NCBI GenBank assembly: GCA_965285935.1
Contig: OZ260661.1
Coordinates: 93,062,001 to 93,126,000 of the forward strand
DNA from: Ophelia neglecta
Lineage: Eukaryota
Direction of reading: 5' to 3'
DNA: 64,000 nt
Part shown: in pieces, positions 62,974 through 64,000 of the stretch
How positions within the stretch are numbered: position 1 is the stretch's first letter
Layout of the letters: each line of letters opens with the position of its first letter
Translations under genes and position numbers: made by a program
The notes under the pieces: generated by a model
Databases searched by the model: none
What the model saw: only the letters and a program-made list of their open reading frames with translations
Told to the model about the DNA's origin: nothing

Positions 62974-64000
62974 TGACCGCTCTTACATCATTTATAGCTT
63001 AGACTTTGGTCTTTGGTGATAATAACAGGCTTGATGTGCAGGATAAACTTGGTTCGGAAAAGCAACAAATACTAGAAAAGTCTTTCAGAAAAGGCCATCT
63101 GTGCTAGTCTGTAGTCTGTAGTGCATTTATACAAGTAGAAATGTACGTGTTATTTCAATTGTTCCAGTCAAACGTCCTCAGACGGACCTACATATTCATC
63201 GGTTCATCAGACACATTCGTTAGCCACTTCGACTCCCTAAGGGAGCTCCCACGAATTTAATCACAAGGGGTCAAATCAGACACATTATTGATGTTTACTG
63301 TGTAACACAGTCCCATTCCTTATTAGTCCGGAGTGGGACAGAGTAGTGATGACTCCACAAAGGAGCGAAATTGATACTGTAGTGTCACTTCAATATTTGT
63401 TGAGTTTCTCTCCGTTTGGTAATTCGCTAATTGCATAGTATAAGGCATGAATTCAAGTGATGTTTAAATATAGGGCTGCATACCGGTATCCGATCCTACA
63501 CGTATAGTATCAATATTGAGGTATCAGTACCGGTATCGCTTTGAATGAACCATTTTGTAAATTCGATCTGAACGGGTGAAAGTCTACAACAGACGCATAT
63601 TTTACCAATTGCGTTAAAATGGCACAGAGTTCTGATCAGAGGGGCAGTGAAATGCTTTTTTTTTGCAAAACTGAGAAACGTCTGGGTCAAATTTGTAGAC
63701 TATCGGCCGTAAGGATTACTAGCAAGGAACACCTGAATCCCGGAAGAACGAAGTCAACTTCCGCAGCCTCAAATCCCATCATGCAATTTCTTCGAAGCCA
63801 GGATTCTACAGACGAGACATAGCTAGCAGAGCTAAAAAGCTGCTACAACACATATTATCTGAGCTGATTTACTTGCATAGATTGACGAAGGTGATAAATA
63901 TTTTATTTTTAATATGCTAAATTTAGGCCAAGACTAATACACAATTTAAATAAATTTCAACTTGATCTTAATGTTATTATATAAATAAGCGAACATTGTA

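Larger units (their letters stand above)
30029..64000 (-). repeat. Tandem segmental duplication containing the Ldh_2 gene (about 30029-47210 and 51804->64000)
   Basis: 3' flanks align (30029-30650 vs 51804-52440), introns align, and upstream blocks align (46417-46460 vs 63068-63111; 47009-47210 vs 63777-64000). Confidence 0.85.

Overview
Eukaryotic (invertebrate animal) genomic DNA with spliceosomal introns; an annelid source is inferred, not shown. (1) 1-28418, + strand: the 3' part of one giant collagen gene. I trace 43 exons by hand, giving about 7,200 codons, of which about 7,030 residues are almost continuous Gly-X-Y. It ends in a single transmembrane helix and an acidic cytoplasmic tail, with no COLFI or NC1 domain. 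The 5' end lies outside the window. Length and composition fit the giant annelid cuticle collagens, and the C-terminal membrane anchor is the opposite topology to the known vertebrate transmembrane collagens. This is the main finding. (2) 30657-45386 and 52448-61839, - strand: two intact 12-exon tandem paralogs of an Ldh_2 (malate/L-lactate dehydrogenase type 2 family) oxidoreductase. (3) Mobile DNA: a full-length two-ORF LINE occupying almost all of intron 5 of the first paralog, two copies of a CAC...GTG DNA transposon with about 520-bp TIRs and a decayed transposase-like ORF, an inverted pair of MITEs carrying a CTCF-like motif, and smaller repeats. Most ORFs listed in 1-27800 are off-frame or antisense shadows of the collagen repeat. 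All coordinates were read manually.
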